A DNA stretch of 64,000 bases from an uncultured Verrucomicrobiota bacterium (GTDB lineage: Bacteria; Verrucomicrobiota; Kiritimatiellia; CAIVKH01): contig CALMYG010000169.1 in NCBI GenBank assembly GCA_937873455.1, positions 3,122-67,121 on the forward strand. The letters run 5' to 3'. Shown here in pieces: positions 56,695 to 64,000 of the stretch; the stretch's first letter is position 1; each line of letters opens with the position of its first letter. A program made the translations under genes and the position numbers. A model generated the notes under the pieces. The model was not told the origin of the DNA. It saw only the letters and a program-made list of their open reading frames with translations, and made no database searches.

Positions 56695-59600
56695 CTACGC
56701 ATTGTTCCGGTGGACGCGAATGTCGAGCGCCAGGCTCTGCATTTCCTTCATCAACACATTGAAGGACTCCGGCAGACCGGCCTCGAGGGTGTTTTCGCCC
56801 TTGACGATGGACTCGTAAATACGGGTCCGCCCGCCGACGTCGTCGCTCTTTACCGTCAGCAGTTCCTGCAGGGCATACGCGGCGCCATACGCCTCGAGCG
56901 CCCACACTTCCATTTCGCCGAAGCGCTGGCCGCCGTATTGCGCCTTGCCCCCCAGCGGTTGCTGGGTAACCAGGGAGTACGGCCCGACGGCGCGGGCGTG
57001 GATCTTGTCGCTGACCAAATGGTGCAGCTTCAGCATGTAAATGATGCCGACCATGACTTCCTGATCAAAGGGTTCGCCGGTCCGACCGTCAAACAGCACG
57101 GTTTTACCGCGTTCGGGAATGCCCGCCTTGACCATCAGTTCACGGATGCTCTTTTCCGAGATGCCGTCAAATACCGGCGTCGCGGCGTGCATGCCCAACC
57201 GCTGGCAGGCCCACCCGAGGTGGGTTTCCAGCACCTGACCCACGTTCATGCGCGACGGCACGCCCAGCGGATTCAAGACGATGTCCACCGGAGTTCCATC
57301 GGGAAGGAACGGCATGTCTTCGTCGGGAACAACCCGGGCGATAACGCCCTTGTTCCCGTGACGACCGGCCATCTTGTCACCCACGGAAATCTTCTTCTTG
57401 CTGGCGACATAGACCTTGACCTGCTTGATCATCCCGGAGTCGACTTCGTCGCCGCTCTCCACCCGGTCCTGGGAGGCGGTTTGCTCCATTTCCAGTTCCG
57501 CGAATTTGTGGCTGAATTCGTTGATGATCGCGTGAATCTTGATCTGAATCGGGCTCGGATCGATTTCAATATGATCGTACGAGGCGGCCAGCTTGCGCAG
57601 CAGCGTCTTGGTGATCTTCCGGTTGGCCGGAATGATGACCTCGCCGGATTCCGAATTGGTCACATCCAGCGGGATTTTCTCGCCAAGCAGGATGTTGCTG
57701 AGCGACTCGGTCAGGTCCTCGGTCAGCCGCTCGTGCTTTTCCTTGTACTCGTCCTGAATCTGCTTGAGTTGGCGACGGCGCTCGGCCGGGGTGGCCTTGG
57801 ATTTGCCGGCGTCCTTGCGGGAGGAGACCTTGACATCCATGACAATACCGGACGTGCCGCTCGGCACGGTCAGGGAGGTGTCGCGGACATCCGCCGCTTT
57901 TTCGCCGAAAATGGCGCGCAACAGACGCTCTTCCGGCGCCAGTTCGGTTTCACTCTTCGGGGTGATTTTGCCGACGAGAATGTCGCCCGGCTTCACTTCC
58001 GCACCGATACGCACCACGCCGTCGTGGTTGAGGTTCTTCAACGCCTCTTCGCCGACATTCGGAATATCGCGGGTGATTTCTTCCGGTCCCAGCTTGGTGT
58101 CCCGGGCGCCGCACTCGAACTCTTCAATATGAATCGAGGTGTAGACGTCCTCGCGCACCAGCTTTTCGCTGATGAGAATGGCGTCTTCGAAGTTGTACCC
58201 GCACCACGGCATGAAGGCGACCAGCACGTTGCGGCCGAGGGCGAGTTCGCCTTGATCGGTCGCCGGGCCGTCGGCCAACACGTCACCGCGGGCCACTTTC
58301 TGGCCCTTCTTGACGATCGGCTTCTGGTTGACGCAGGTGCCGCCGTTGGAACGCAGGAACTTCCGCAATTCGTAGGCCTGGTATTCGGTCTTCGGCGTTT
58401 TCTTGTTCGGCGCCGTGCCGTCCTTGGACACCACGATCCGGCTCGCCGAAACGTAGGCGACAATACCGGGCTCTTCCGCCACCACGATGACACGGGAATC
58501 CCGGGCCACCCGGCCTTCCATGCCGGTCGCCACGTACGGACGCTGCGTCTGAAGCAGCGGCACGCCCTGGCGTTGCATGTTGGAACCCATCAACGCGCGG
58601 TTGGCGTCGTCGTGTTCGAGGAAGGGAATCAAACCGGCGGCTACGCTGACCAATTGCTTGGGCGATAGATCCATGTAATCCACGCGATCCTTGCCGACTT
58701 CGAGGAAGTCGCCGCGATAACGCACCGACACCGTCTCGCCGGTGAAATTGCCTTTCCCGTCGATCGGGGAGTTCGCCTGGGCGATTACGAAGTTTTCTTC
58801 CTGGTCCGCGGTCAGGTATTCGACCTCGTTGGTCACCCGGCCGTCGATCACCCGGCGGTAGGGGCTTTCAATGAAGCCGAATTCGTTGATCCGCGCGTAA
58901 ATGCTCAGCGAGGAAATCAGACCGATGTTCGGACCTTCGGGCGTTTCAATCGGGCAGATGCGGCCGTAATGGCTGCTGTGAACGTCGCGGACCTCAAAGC
59001 CCGCGCGGTCGCGGCTGAGACCGCCGGGGCCGAGGGCGCTGAGACGGCGCTTGTGGGTCAGTTCGGCCAACGGATTCGTCTGGTCCATGAACTGGCTCAA
59101 CTGGCTGCGGCCGAAGAAATCGCGAATCACCGCCGACAGCGCCTTGGGATTGATTAATTTCTGGGGCGTCAACTTTTCCGAGTTGGCGTCAAAAATCGTC
59201 ATGCGCTCCTTGACCAGGCGCTCGGTGCGGGCCAGGCCGACCCGGCACTGGTTTTCCAGCAATTCGCCGACCGTACGGATGCGGCGGCTGCCGAGATGGT
59301 CGATATCGTCGATCGTCCCCTCGCCCATGCGAAGGCTGACCAGGTACTTGATCGCGGCGATCAGATCTTCTTTTTCCAGCACGCGGGATTCCGCGTTTTC
59401 GCTCAGCCCGAGCTTCTGCTGGATCTTGTAGCGACCCACCCGGCTTAAATCGTAACGACGGGGATCGAAAAACACCCGCTTGAGCAACTGTTTCGCATTG
59501 GAAGTCGTCGGGGGATCGCCCGGACGCAGCTTCATGTAAATATCTTTGAGCGCTTCTTCGGTGCTGTGGCTGGGATCCTTCTGGATCGTCTTGAGCAACA

Positions 59601-60441
59601 GACCTTCGTCTTGCGTGGCGTTGGCGATTTTCACCTTCTCGATGCCGGCCGCCTTGATCTGCTTGACCAGGTCCTTGGTCAGGGGCTCGAATTTGCGGGC
59701 CAACACGCTCTGGGAGTTGACGTCGACCACGTCTTCACGCAACACCTTGTAGGCCAGGTCCTCATCGCTGAGCGTGCCCTTGAGGCTGAAATCCGCCAGC
59801 GGATAGAACAGACCCAACAGATCGTCGTCGGTATCAAAACCGAGGGCGCGCAGGAACGTCGACGCCAGGAATTTCCGGCGGCGGCGGGTGCGGTCCAGGT
59901 ACATGTGGAGGTTGTCGGACGTGTCAAACTGCACTTCGATCCAGGAACCGCGATCGGGAATGATACGGAACGAATACAACACCGTTCCGTTCGGGTGAAT
60001 GTTCTGCTCAAAGCAGATACCCGGGGAGCGGTGCAACTGGCTGACAATGACGCGCTCGGCGCCGTTGATGATAAAACTGCCCTGATCGGTCATGAGCGGC
60101 ACTTCGCCCATGTACACGTCTTCTTCGCGGACTTCGTCGCCGTCCTTCAGGCGAAACGTCACATACAGCGAGGACGAATACGACGCGCCCTCCCGGATGC
60201 TTTCGATGGGGCTCATTTTCGGCTCGGACACTTCGTATTTGACGAAGTCGAGCACGATCTTCCCGTCGTAGCTTTCGATCGGGAAAACTTCCTTGAGAAC
60301 CGCCTGCAAGCCGACCGGTTTGCGCTTGTTCGGCGCAACGCCGAGCTGCAGGAAGTCGGTGTACGAATTCTTCTGGATCTCGATGAGATCCGGGGGTTCG
60401 ATGATGTCGTTGAGTTTGCCGAAATTAGTACGTTGTGCCAT
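56695..60441 (-). CDS. rpoB: DNA-directed RNA polymerase subunit beta
   Basis: 1248 aa, with the rifampicin-region motifs and ...GHKGV. Confidence 0.95.
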   Translation of the reverse strand: MAQRTNFGKLNDIIEPPDLIEIQKNSYTDFLQLGVAPNKRKPVGLQAVLKEVFPIESYDGKIVLDFVKYEVSEPKMSPIESIREGASYSSSLYVTFRLKDGDEVREEDVYMGEVPLMTDQGSFIINGAERVIVSQLHRSPGICFEQNIHPNGTVLYSFRIIPDRGSWIEVQFDTSDNLHMYLDRTRRRRKFLASTFLRALGFDTDDDLLGLFYPLADFSLKGTLSDEDLAYKVLREDVVDVNSQSVLARKFEPLTKDLVKQIKAAGIEKVKIANATQDEGLLLKTIQKDPSHSTEEALKDIYMKLRPGDPPTTSNAKQLLKRVFFDPRRYDLSRVGRYKIQQKLGLSENAESRVLEKEDLIAAIKYLVSLRMGEGTIDDIDHLGSRRIRTVGELLENQCRVGLARTERLVKERMTIFDANSEKLTPQKLINPKALSAVIRDFFGRSQLSQFMDQTNPLAELTHKRRLSALGPGGLSRDRAGFEVRDVHSSHYGRICPIETPEGPNIGLISSLSIYARINEFGFIESPYRRVIDGRVTNEVEYLTADQEENFVIAQANSPIDGKGNFTGETVSVRYRGDFLEVGKDRVDYMDLSPKQLVSVAAGLIPFLEHDDANRALMGSNMQRQGVPLLQTQRPYVATGMEGRVARDSRVIVVAEEPGIVAYVSASRIVVSKDGTAPNKKTPKTEYQAYELRKFLRSNGGTCVNQKPIVKKGQKVARGDVLADGPATDQGELALGRNVLVAFMPWCGYNFEDAILISEKLVREDVYTSIHIEEFECGARDTKLGPEEITRDIPNVGEEALKNLNHDGVVRIGAEVKPGDILVGKITPKSETELAPEERLLRAIFGEKAADVRDTSLTVPSGTSGIVMDVKVSSRKDAGKSKATPAERRRQLKQIQDEYKEKHERLTEDLTESLSNILLGEKIPLDVTNSESGEVIIPANRKITKTLLRKLAASYDHIEIDPSPIQIKIHAIINEFSHKFAELEMEQTASQDRVESGDEVDSGMIKQVKVYVASKKKISVGDKMAGRHGNKGVIARVVPDEDMPFLPDGTPVDIVLNPLGVPSRMNVGQVLETHLGWACQRLGMHAATPVFDGISEKSIRELMVKAGIPERGKTVLFDGRTGEPFDQEVMVGIIYMLKLHHLVSDKIHARAVGPYSLVTQQPLGGKAQYGGQRFGEMEVWALEAYGAAYALQELLTVKSDDVGGRTRIYESIVKGENTLEAGLPESFNVLMKEMQSLALDIRVHRNNA

Positions 60442-60510
60442 TGACCACCTTCAGGCGGCGACCGCCATTAAGACTCCTGCCCTCACACCCTGCGAAAACT
60501 ACCCTACCCG

Positions 60511-60547
60511 ATAAAAGAGACTCCGGTCCCGCCCACCGGGACCGGAG
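60511..60547 (-). terminator. Intrinsic terminator / attenuator hairpin in the rplL-rpoB intergenic region
   Basis: Minus-strand RNA forms CUCCGGUCCCG-GUGGG-CGGGACCGGAG (an 11 bp stem) followed by UCUCUUUUAUC. This is the same position as the classic rplL-rpoB attenuator. Confidence 0.55.
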
Positions 60548-60558
60548 TTTCCAAGCCG

Positions 60559-60969
60559 TTACTTGATCTCGACTTTGGCGCCGGCGGCTTCGAGTTTGGC
60601 CTTGATTTCGTTGGCCTCCTCTTTCGACACGCCTTCCTTGATCGTCTTGGGAGCCGCATCGACCAAGTCCTTGGCTTCTTTCAAGCCCAGGCTGGTGATC
60701 GCACGCAGTTCCTTGATGACGTTGATCTTCTGGGCGCCGGAATTGGCCAGGATCACGGTGAATTCGGTTTGCTCTTCCACCGGAGCCGCGGCGGCTCCAC
60801 CCGCGCCGGGTGCGGCGGCAACCGCGACCGGGGCCGCGGCGGAAACGCCCAGGCGGTCTTCCAGGACCTTGACCAGCTTGGACAATTCCAACACGGAAAT
60901 GGACTCAATCCACGAAACAAATTCTTCCATCTTGCCCGTGGCGACTACGTTATTTTCTGTTTCTGACAT
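60559..60969 (-). CDS. rplL: 50S ribosomal protein L7/L12
   Basis: Start at [29 protein letters not shown]..., with an Ala-rich hinge and a C-terminal domain ...[39 protein letters not shown]. Confidence 0.9.
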   Translation of the reverse strand: MSETENNVVATGKMEEFVSWIESISVLELSKLVKVLEDRLGVSAAAPVAVAAAPGAGGAAAAPVEEQTEFTVILANSGAQKINVIKELRAITSLGLKEAKDLVDAAPKTIKEGVSKEEANEIKAKLEAAGAKVEIK

Positions 60970-61006
60970 GTTCTTCTCCTCTACCTTCGTTTCAACTGTT
61001 GATTGT

Positions 61007-61525
61007 TTACTGATTGCCCTTCTTCTCGGCAGCCGCCTGCAGCACGTACAGCAAGCTGGCAACCTTCTGTTGGAAGACGCCGACCAACTGACTCATGGGC
61101 GCTGCAATCGTGCCCACCATCATGCCCAACAGCGTCTCGCGTGGAGGCAGTGAGGCTAACTGCTCCACATCGGCGGCCGTCAGAACAACACCTTCAAGAG
61201 CCCCCACCTTGATCGCGGGCTTTTCATGCTCTTTGATAAAATCCTTGAGGACCTTGGCGACCAGGGCGACATCGCCCTTGCCGTACACCATGGCGGAAGG
61301 TCCGCTCAGATGATCGCGCATCGCGCCAAGGCCGGCCTCGGCCGCAATGTGCCCGAGCATCCGGTTCTTGACCACCTGCAGGCGGGCGTCCGCCTTGGCC
61401 AAACGGTGGCGCAACTGGTCGGTCTTGGCCACGGTCAGGCCCTGGTAGTCCGCGACTATCACAAACGTGGCGTCGTTGACCTTGGCCTTGATTTCTTCGA
61501 AAATTGATTGTTTTTCCGGTCTCAT
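61007..61525 (-). CDS. rplJ: 50S ribosomal protein L10
   Basis: 172 aa immediately upstream of rplL. Confidence 0.9.
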   Translation of the reverse strand: MRPEKQSIFEEIKAKVNDATFVIVADYQGLTVAKTDQLRHRLAKADARLQVVKNRMLGHIAAEAGLGAMRDHLSGPSAMVYGKGDVALVAKVLKDFIKEHEKPAIKVGALEGVVLTAADVEQLASLPPRETLLGMMVGTIAAPMSQLVGVFQQKVASLLYVLQAAAEKKGNQ

Positions 61526-61550
61526 GATCGTTCGTTTCCTCGGCGGCGCC

Positions 61551-62249
61551 TTACGCGGCGACCGCGTCCTTCACATTGACGTGCAGACCCGGGCCCATGG
61601 TCGAGCTGATCGTGCAGCGCTTGATAAACACACCCTTCGCGGTCGGCGGCCGCGAGTGGCTCACCGCCTCAATGACCGCCTTGCAATTGTCGGTCAGCGC
61701 CTCGACGCTGAACGACAGCTTGCCGAATGGAACGTGCAGGTTGCCGTTTTTGTCCATGCGGAATTCCACGCGCCCGGCCTGGAACTGCTTCACCGCGGTG
61801 CCGGTGTCGTCGGTTACCGTGCCGGTCTTGGGGTTCGGCATCAGGCCGCGCGGACCCAGCACTTTACCGAGTTTGCGCACTTCCTTCATCGCCTCGGGGG
61901 TGGCGACAATCACGTCCATGTCGGTCCAGCCGCCCTTGACTTTCTCGAGCAAATCCTCGTAACCGACTTCGTCGGCCCCGGCGGCGCGGGCGGCTTCGGC
62001 GGCCGGTCCGGTCGCGAACACCACCACGCGAACCTTCTTGCCGGTACCGTGCGGCAGGGAAACCGTGCCGCGCACGTTCTGGTCGGACTGGGTGGGATTC
62101 ACGCCCAGACGAAAGGCGATTTCCGCCGTTTCGTCAAATTTGGCCACCTTGTTCGCCTTGAGGAACGAGATGGCGTCGGCAACTTCGAACACGTTGGCGG
62201 CGTCCAGCTTGCTTTTCACCGCGGTTAACTTTTTACCATGCTTGGCCAT
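61551..62249 (-). CDS. rplA: 50S ribosomal protein L1
   Basis: [16 protein letters not shown]... Confidence 0.9.
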   Translation of the reverse strand: MAKHGKKLTAVKSKLDAANVFEVADAISFLKANKVAKFDETAEIAFRLGVNPTQSDQNVRGTVSLPHGTGKKVRVVVFATGPAAEAARAAGADEVGYEDLLEKVKGGWTDMDVIVATPEAMKEVRKLGKVLGPRGLMPNPKTGTVTDDTGTAVKQFQAGRVEFRMDKNGNLHVPFGKLSFSVEALTDNCKAVIEAVSHSRPPTAKGVFIKRCTISSTMGPGLHVNVKDAVAA

Positions 62250-62251
62250 AA

Positions 62252-62674
62252 TCAGTTCACCTCAACGCCCATACTGCGGGCTGTGCCCTCAATGATCCGG
62301 CAGGCATGCTCGAGATCGCGGGCGTTTAAATCTTTTTCCTTGGTCTTGGCGATTTCGCGGACCTGGTCCTTGGTCACCTTGCCCACCTTGTCGCGGTTCG
62401 GCGTGGCCGCACCCTTGGCAATGCCGGCGGCTTTCTTCAGCAGCGCGGAGGCCGGGGGACTTTTGGTGATAAAACTGAACGACTTGTCCTGATAGACGGT
62501 AATGACCACCGGAATGATGATCCCGGTGTCTTTTTGCGTCGCTGCGTTGAATTCCTTGCAGAAGGCCATGATGTTGACGCCCTGCTGACCGAGCGCCGGA
62601 CCCACCGGGGGCGCCGGATTGGCTTGGCCCGCCGGAATCTGCAACCGAACAATACCTGTTACTTTCTTTGCCAT
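62252..62674 (-). CDS. rplK: 50S ribosomal protein L11
   Basis: [43 protein letters not shown]... Confidence 0.9.
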   Translation of the reverse strand: MAKKVTGIVRLQIPAGQANPAPPVGPALGQQGVNIMAFCKEFNAATQKDTGIIIPVVITVYQDKSFSFITKSPPASALLKKAAGIAKGAATPNRDKVGKVTKDQVREIAKTKEKDLNARDLEHACRIIEGTARSMGVEVN

Positions 62675-62692
62675 AAATTTGCTTCCCGCGGG

Positions 62693-63253
62693 TTAGGCCC
62701 GCTCCACCTGCCAATACTCCAGTTCCACCGGGGCCGAACGGCCGAAGATGGACACCGAAACCTTCAACTTGCCGCGCTCCGGGTCGATTTCGTCGATAGT
62801 TCCATTGAAATTCAGGAACGGACCGTCGTTGATCTTGACCGTTTCGCCCACCGCAAACGCCACCTTCGGGGCCACCTTTTCCTGCTTCTCCTCAATCTGA
62901 TGGAGAATGCTGTTGACCTCCTCCTTACGGAGGGGCACCGGACGATCGCCACCGACAAACCCGATGATTCCCGAGGTCTGCTGGATGAAATACCAGGACT
63001 TTTCGATGAGTTGCTTCTTCTCGTCGTAAAGCTGAATGTTGATCAACACATACCCCGGATAAAATTTCCGGGTCGTGGTGGTCTTTTTTCCACGCTTGAC
63101 CTCGGACACCTTCTCCGTCGGTACGAGCACATCCCCGATCAACTCGCCCATCTCTTCCAGCTTGGACCGGCGTTCGATGTTTTCCTTGACCCGCGATTCC
63201 TGCCCGGAAAGGGTGTGCAGTACAAACCACTGTTTTTCCATTACGTCCATCAT
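62693..63253 (-). CDS. nusG: Transcription termination/antitermination factor NusG
   Basis: NGN domain (WFVLHTLSGQESRVKENI) plus a C-terminal KOW motif (FAVGETVKINDGPF). Start chosen at the internal ATG; the track ORF over-extends to 63400. Confidence 0.9.
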   Translation of the reverse strand: MMDVMEKQWFVLHTLSGQESRVKENIERRSKLEEMGELIGDVLVPTEKVSEVKRGKKTTTTRKFYPGYVLINIQLYDEKKQLIEKSWYFIQQTSGIIGFVGGDRPVPLRKEEVNSILHQIEEKQEKVAPKVAFAVGETVKINDGPFLNFNGTIDEIDPERGKLKVSVSIFGRSAPVELEYWQVERA

Positions 63254-63267
63254 CCCTGTTTCCGGTC

Positions 63268-63471
63268 TTAGCGAATCACCAGCTTCATGATCTGCATGAG
63301 AATCAAATCGCTGACGCTCACCACAATCGCCAAAATAAACACCGAAACGATTACCACCCCGGTGGACTGAATCAATTCGGACTGGGTCGGCCAGGCGCAC
63401 TTCTTCAACTCGGCGTGCACTTCCCCAATAAAGTTCTGCGCACCCGATACCGCTGCTTGTACTTTACCCAT
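63268..63471 (-). CDS. secE: Preprotein translocase subunit SecE
   Basis: 67 aa with a single TM, positioned directly upstream of nusG. Confidence 0.85.
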   Translation of the reverse strand: MGKVQAAVSGAQNFIGEVHAELKKCAWPTQSELIQSTGVVIVSVFILAIVVSVSDLILMQIMKLVIR

Positions 63472-63510
63472 AAATGTTGTCCCTTCGCCCGTTTGGCGTT
63501 CCCGCTAAGC

Positions 63511-63586
63511 TGGCAGGCCAGGAGGGACTTGAACCCCCAACAGCCGGTTTTGGAGACCGGTACTCTGCCAATTGAGCTACTGGCCT
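63511..63586 (-). tRNA. tRNA-Trp (anticodon CCA), CCA encoded
   Basis: Hand-folded: acceptor AGGCCAG/CTGGCCT, anticodon loop CUCCAAA, T loop TTCAAGT. It occupies the classic rpmG-tRNA-Trp-secE position. Confidence 0.9.
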
Positions 63587-63603
63587 TTCGTCCGAAAAAC
63601 CCG

Positions 63604-63756
63604 TTATTTGATCTCGCGATGCACCGTGTGCTTGCGTTCCGCCGAGCAGAACTTCTTTAATTCAATACGCTCGGTGCTCAACTTCTTGTTCTTGGTCGAC
63701 GTGTAGTTGCGCCGCTTGCACTCTGTGCACGCCAATGTAATCAATTCCCTGGGCAT
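63604..63756 (-). CDS. rpmG: 50S ribosomal protein L33
   Basis: Not in the ORF track (below its length cutoff). Translated by hand as [50 protein letters not shown]. Confidence 0.85.
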   Translation of the reverse strand: MPRELITLACTECKRRNYTSTKNKKLSTERIELKKFCSAERKHTVHREIK

Positions 63757-63830
63757 GGCATCCTCGCCGGATCACCGATCCGGCCCGATTCAGGTTGGAC
63801 ACCCAAACCGGACCGATCGTTGCATCCTCG

Positions 63831-64000
63831 TTACTTGATGATTTCCGTCACGCGACCGGCGCCGACGGTACGACCGCCTTCACGAATGGCGAAACGCATG
63901 TGTTTTTCCATGGCGATCGGGGTGATCAACTTGACGTCAAAACTGACGTTGTCGCCCGGCATCACCATGTCCACGCCTTCGGGAAGGGTGATGTCGCCGG
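63831..64000 (-). CDS. tuf: Elongation factor Tu, C-terminal ~56 aa (partial; the gene continues beyond the window)
   Basis: Hand translation of the minus strand gives ...[55 protein letters not shown] followed by a stop. Confidence 0.9.
   Translation of the reverse strand, partial: GDITLPEGVDMVMPGDNVSFDVKLITPIAMEKHMRFAIREGGRTVGAGRVTEIIK

Overview
This 64 kb window is high-GC (about 62%) Gram-negative bacterial chromosome. BamA, Skp, LpxD and an LptF/G permease are all present, and the layout tuf-rpmG-tRNA-Trp-secE-nusG is common in the PVC superphylum and other deep lineages. The sequence is almost entirely core-genome.

The 3' half (34.6 to 64 kb, all minus strand) is one uninterrupted translation and transcription super-cluster: tuf, rpmG, tRNA-Trp, secE, nusG, rplKAJL, rpoB, rpoC, rpsLG, fusA, the S10, spc and alpha ribosomal operons, ending with rplQ plus a trailing 3-TM microprotein. 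Upstream lies a second conserved block: dnaB, rplI, rpsR, ssb, rpsF, pth, rplY(ctc), prs and tRNA-Gln. Beyond that are bamA-skp-lpxD, ridA, a GT4 glycosyltransferase, trmJ coupled to a DUF2851-like gene, an operon encoding a periplasmic TPR/coiled-coil protein, a coiled-coil protein and a cytoplasmic GAF/PAS hybrid histidine kinase, a Cu-type P1B ATPase, prfC, a YfhO-like polytopic membrane protein convergent with a nucleotide-sugar dehydrogenase, phoH-ybeY-DUF502-recO, and the 5' part of glgX.

No mobile elements, CRISPR arrays or rRNA genes were seen.

The most unusual items are:
- a secreted coiled-coil (lipo)protein gene wedged between rpsS and rplV inside the S10 operon;
- a low-GC Cys-rich small ORF and a 3-TM microprotein abutting rplQ;
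- a periplasmic coiled-coil/TPR pair (CpoB-like architecture) operonic with a kinase whose ATPase motifs look degenerate;
- a terminator-like hairpin in the rplL-rpoB spacer.

The ORF track appears to print non-ATG starts as M. Gene starts were therefore chosen by homology where possible, and hand-derived coordinates (tRNAs, rpmJ, rpmG, hairpins) may be off by 1-2 nt.
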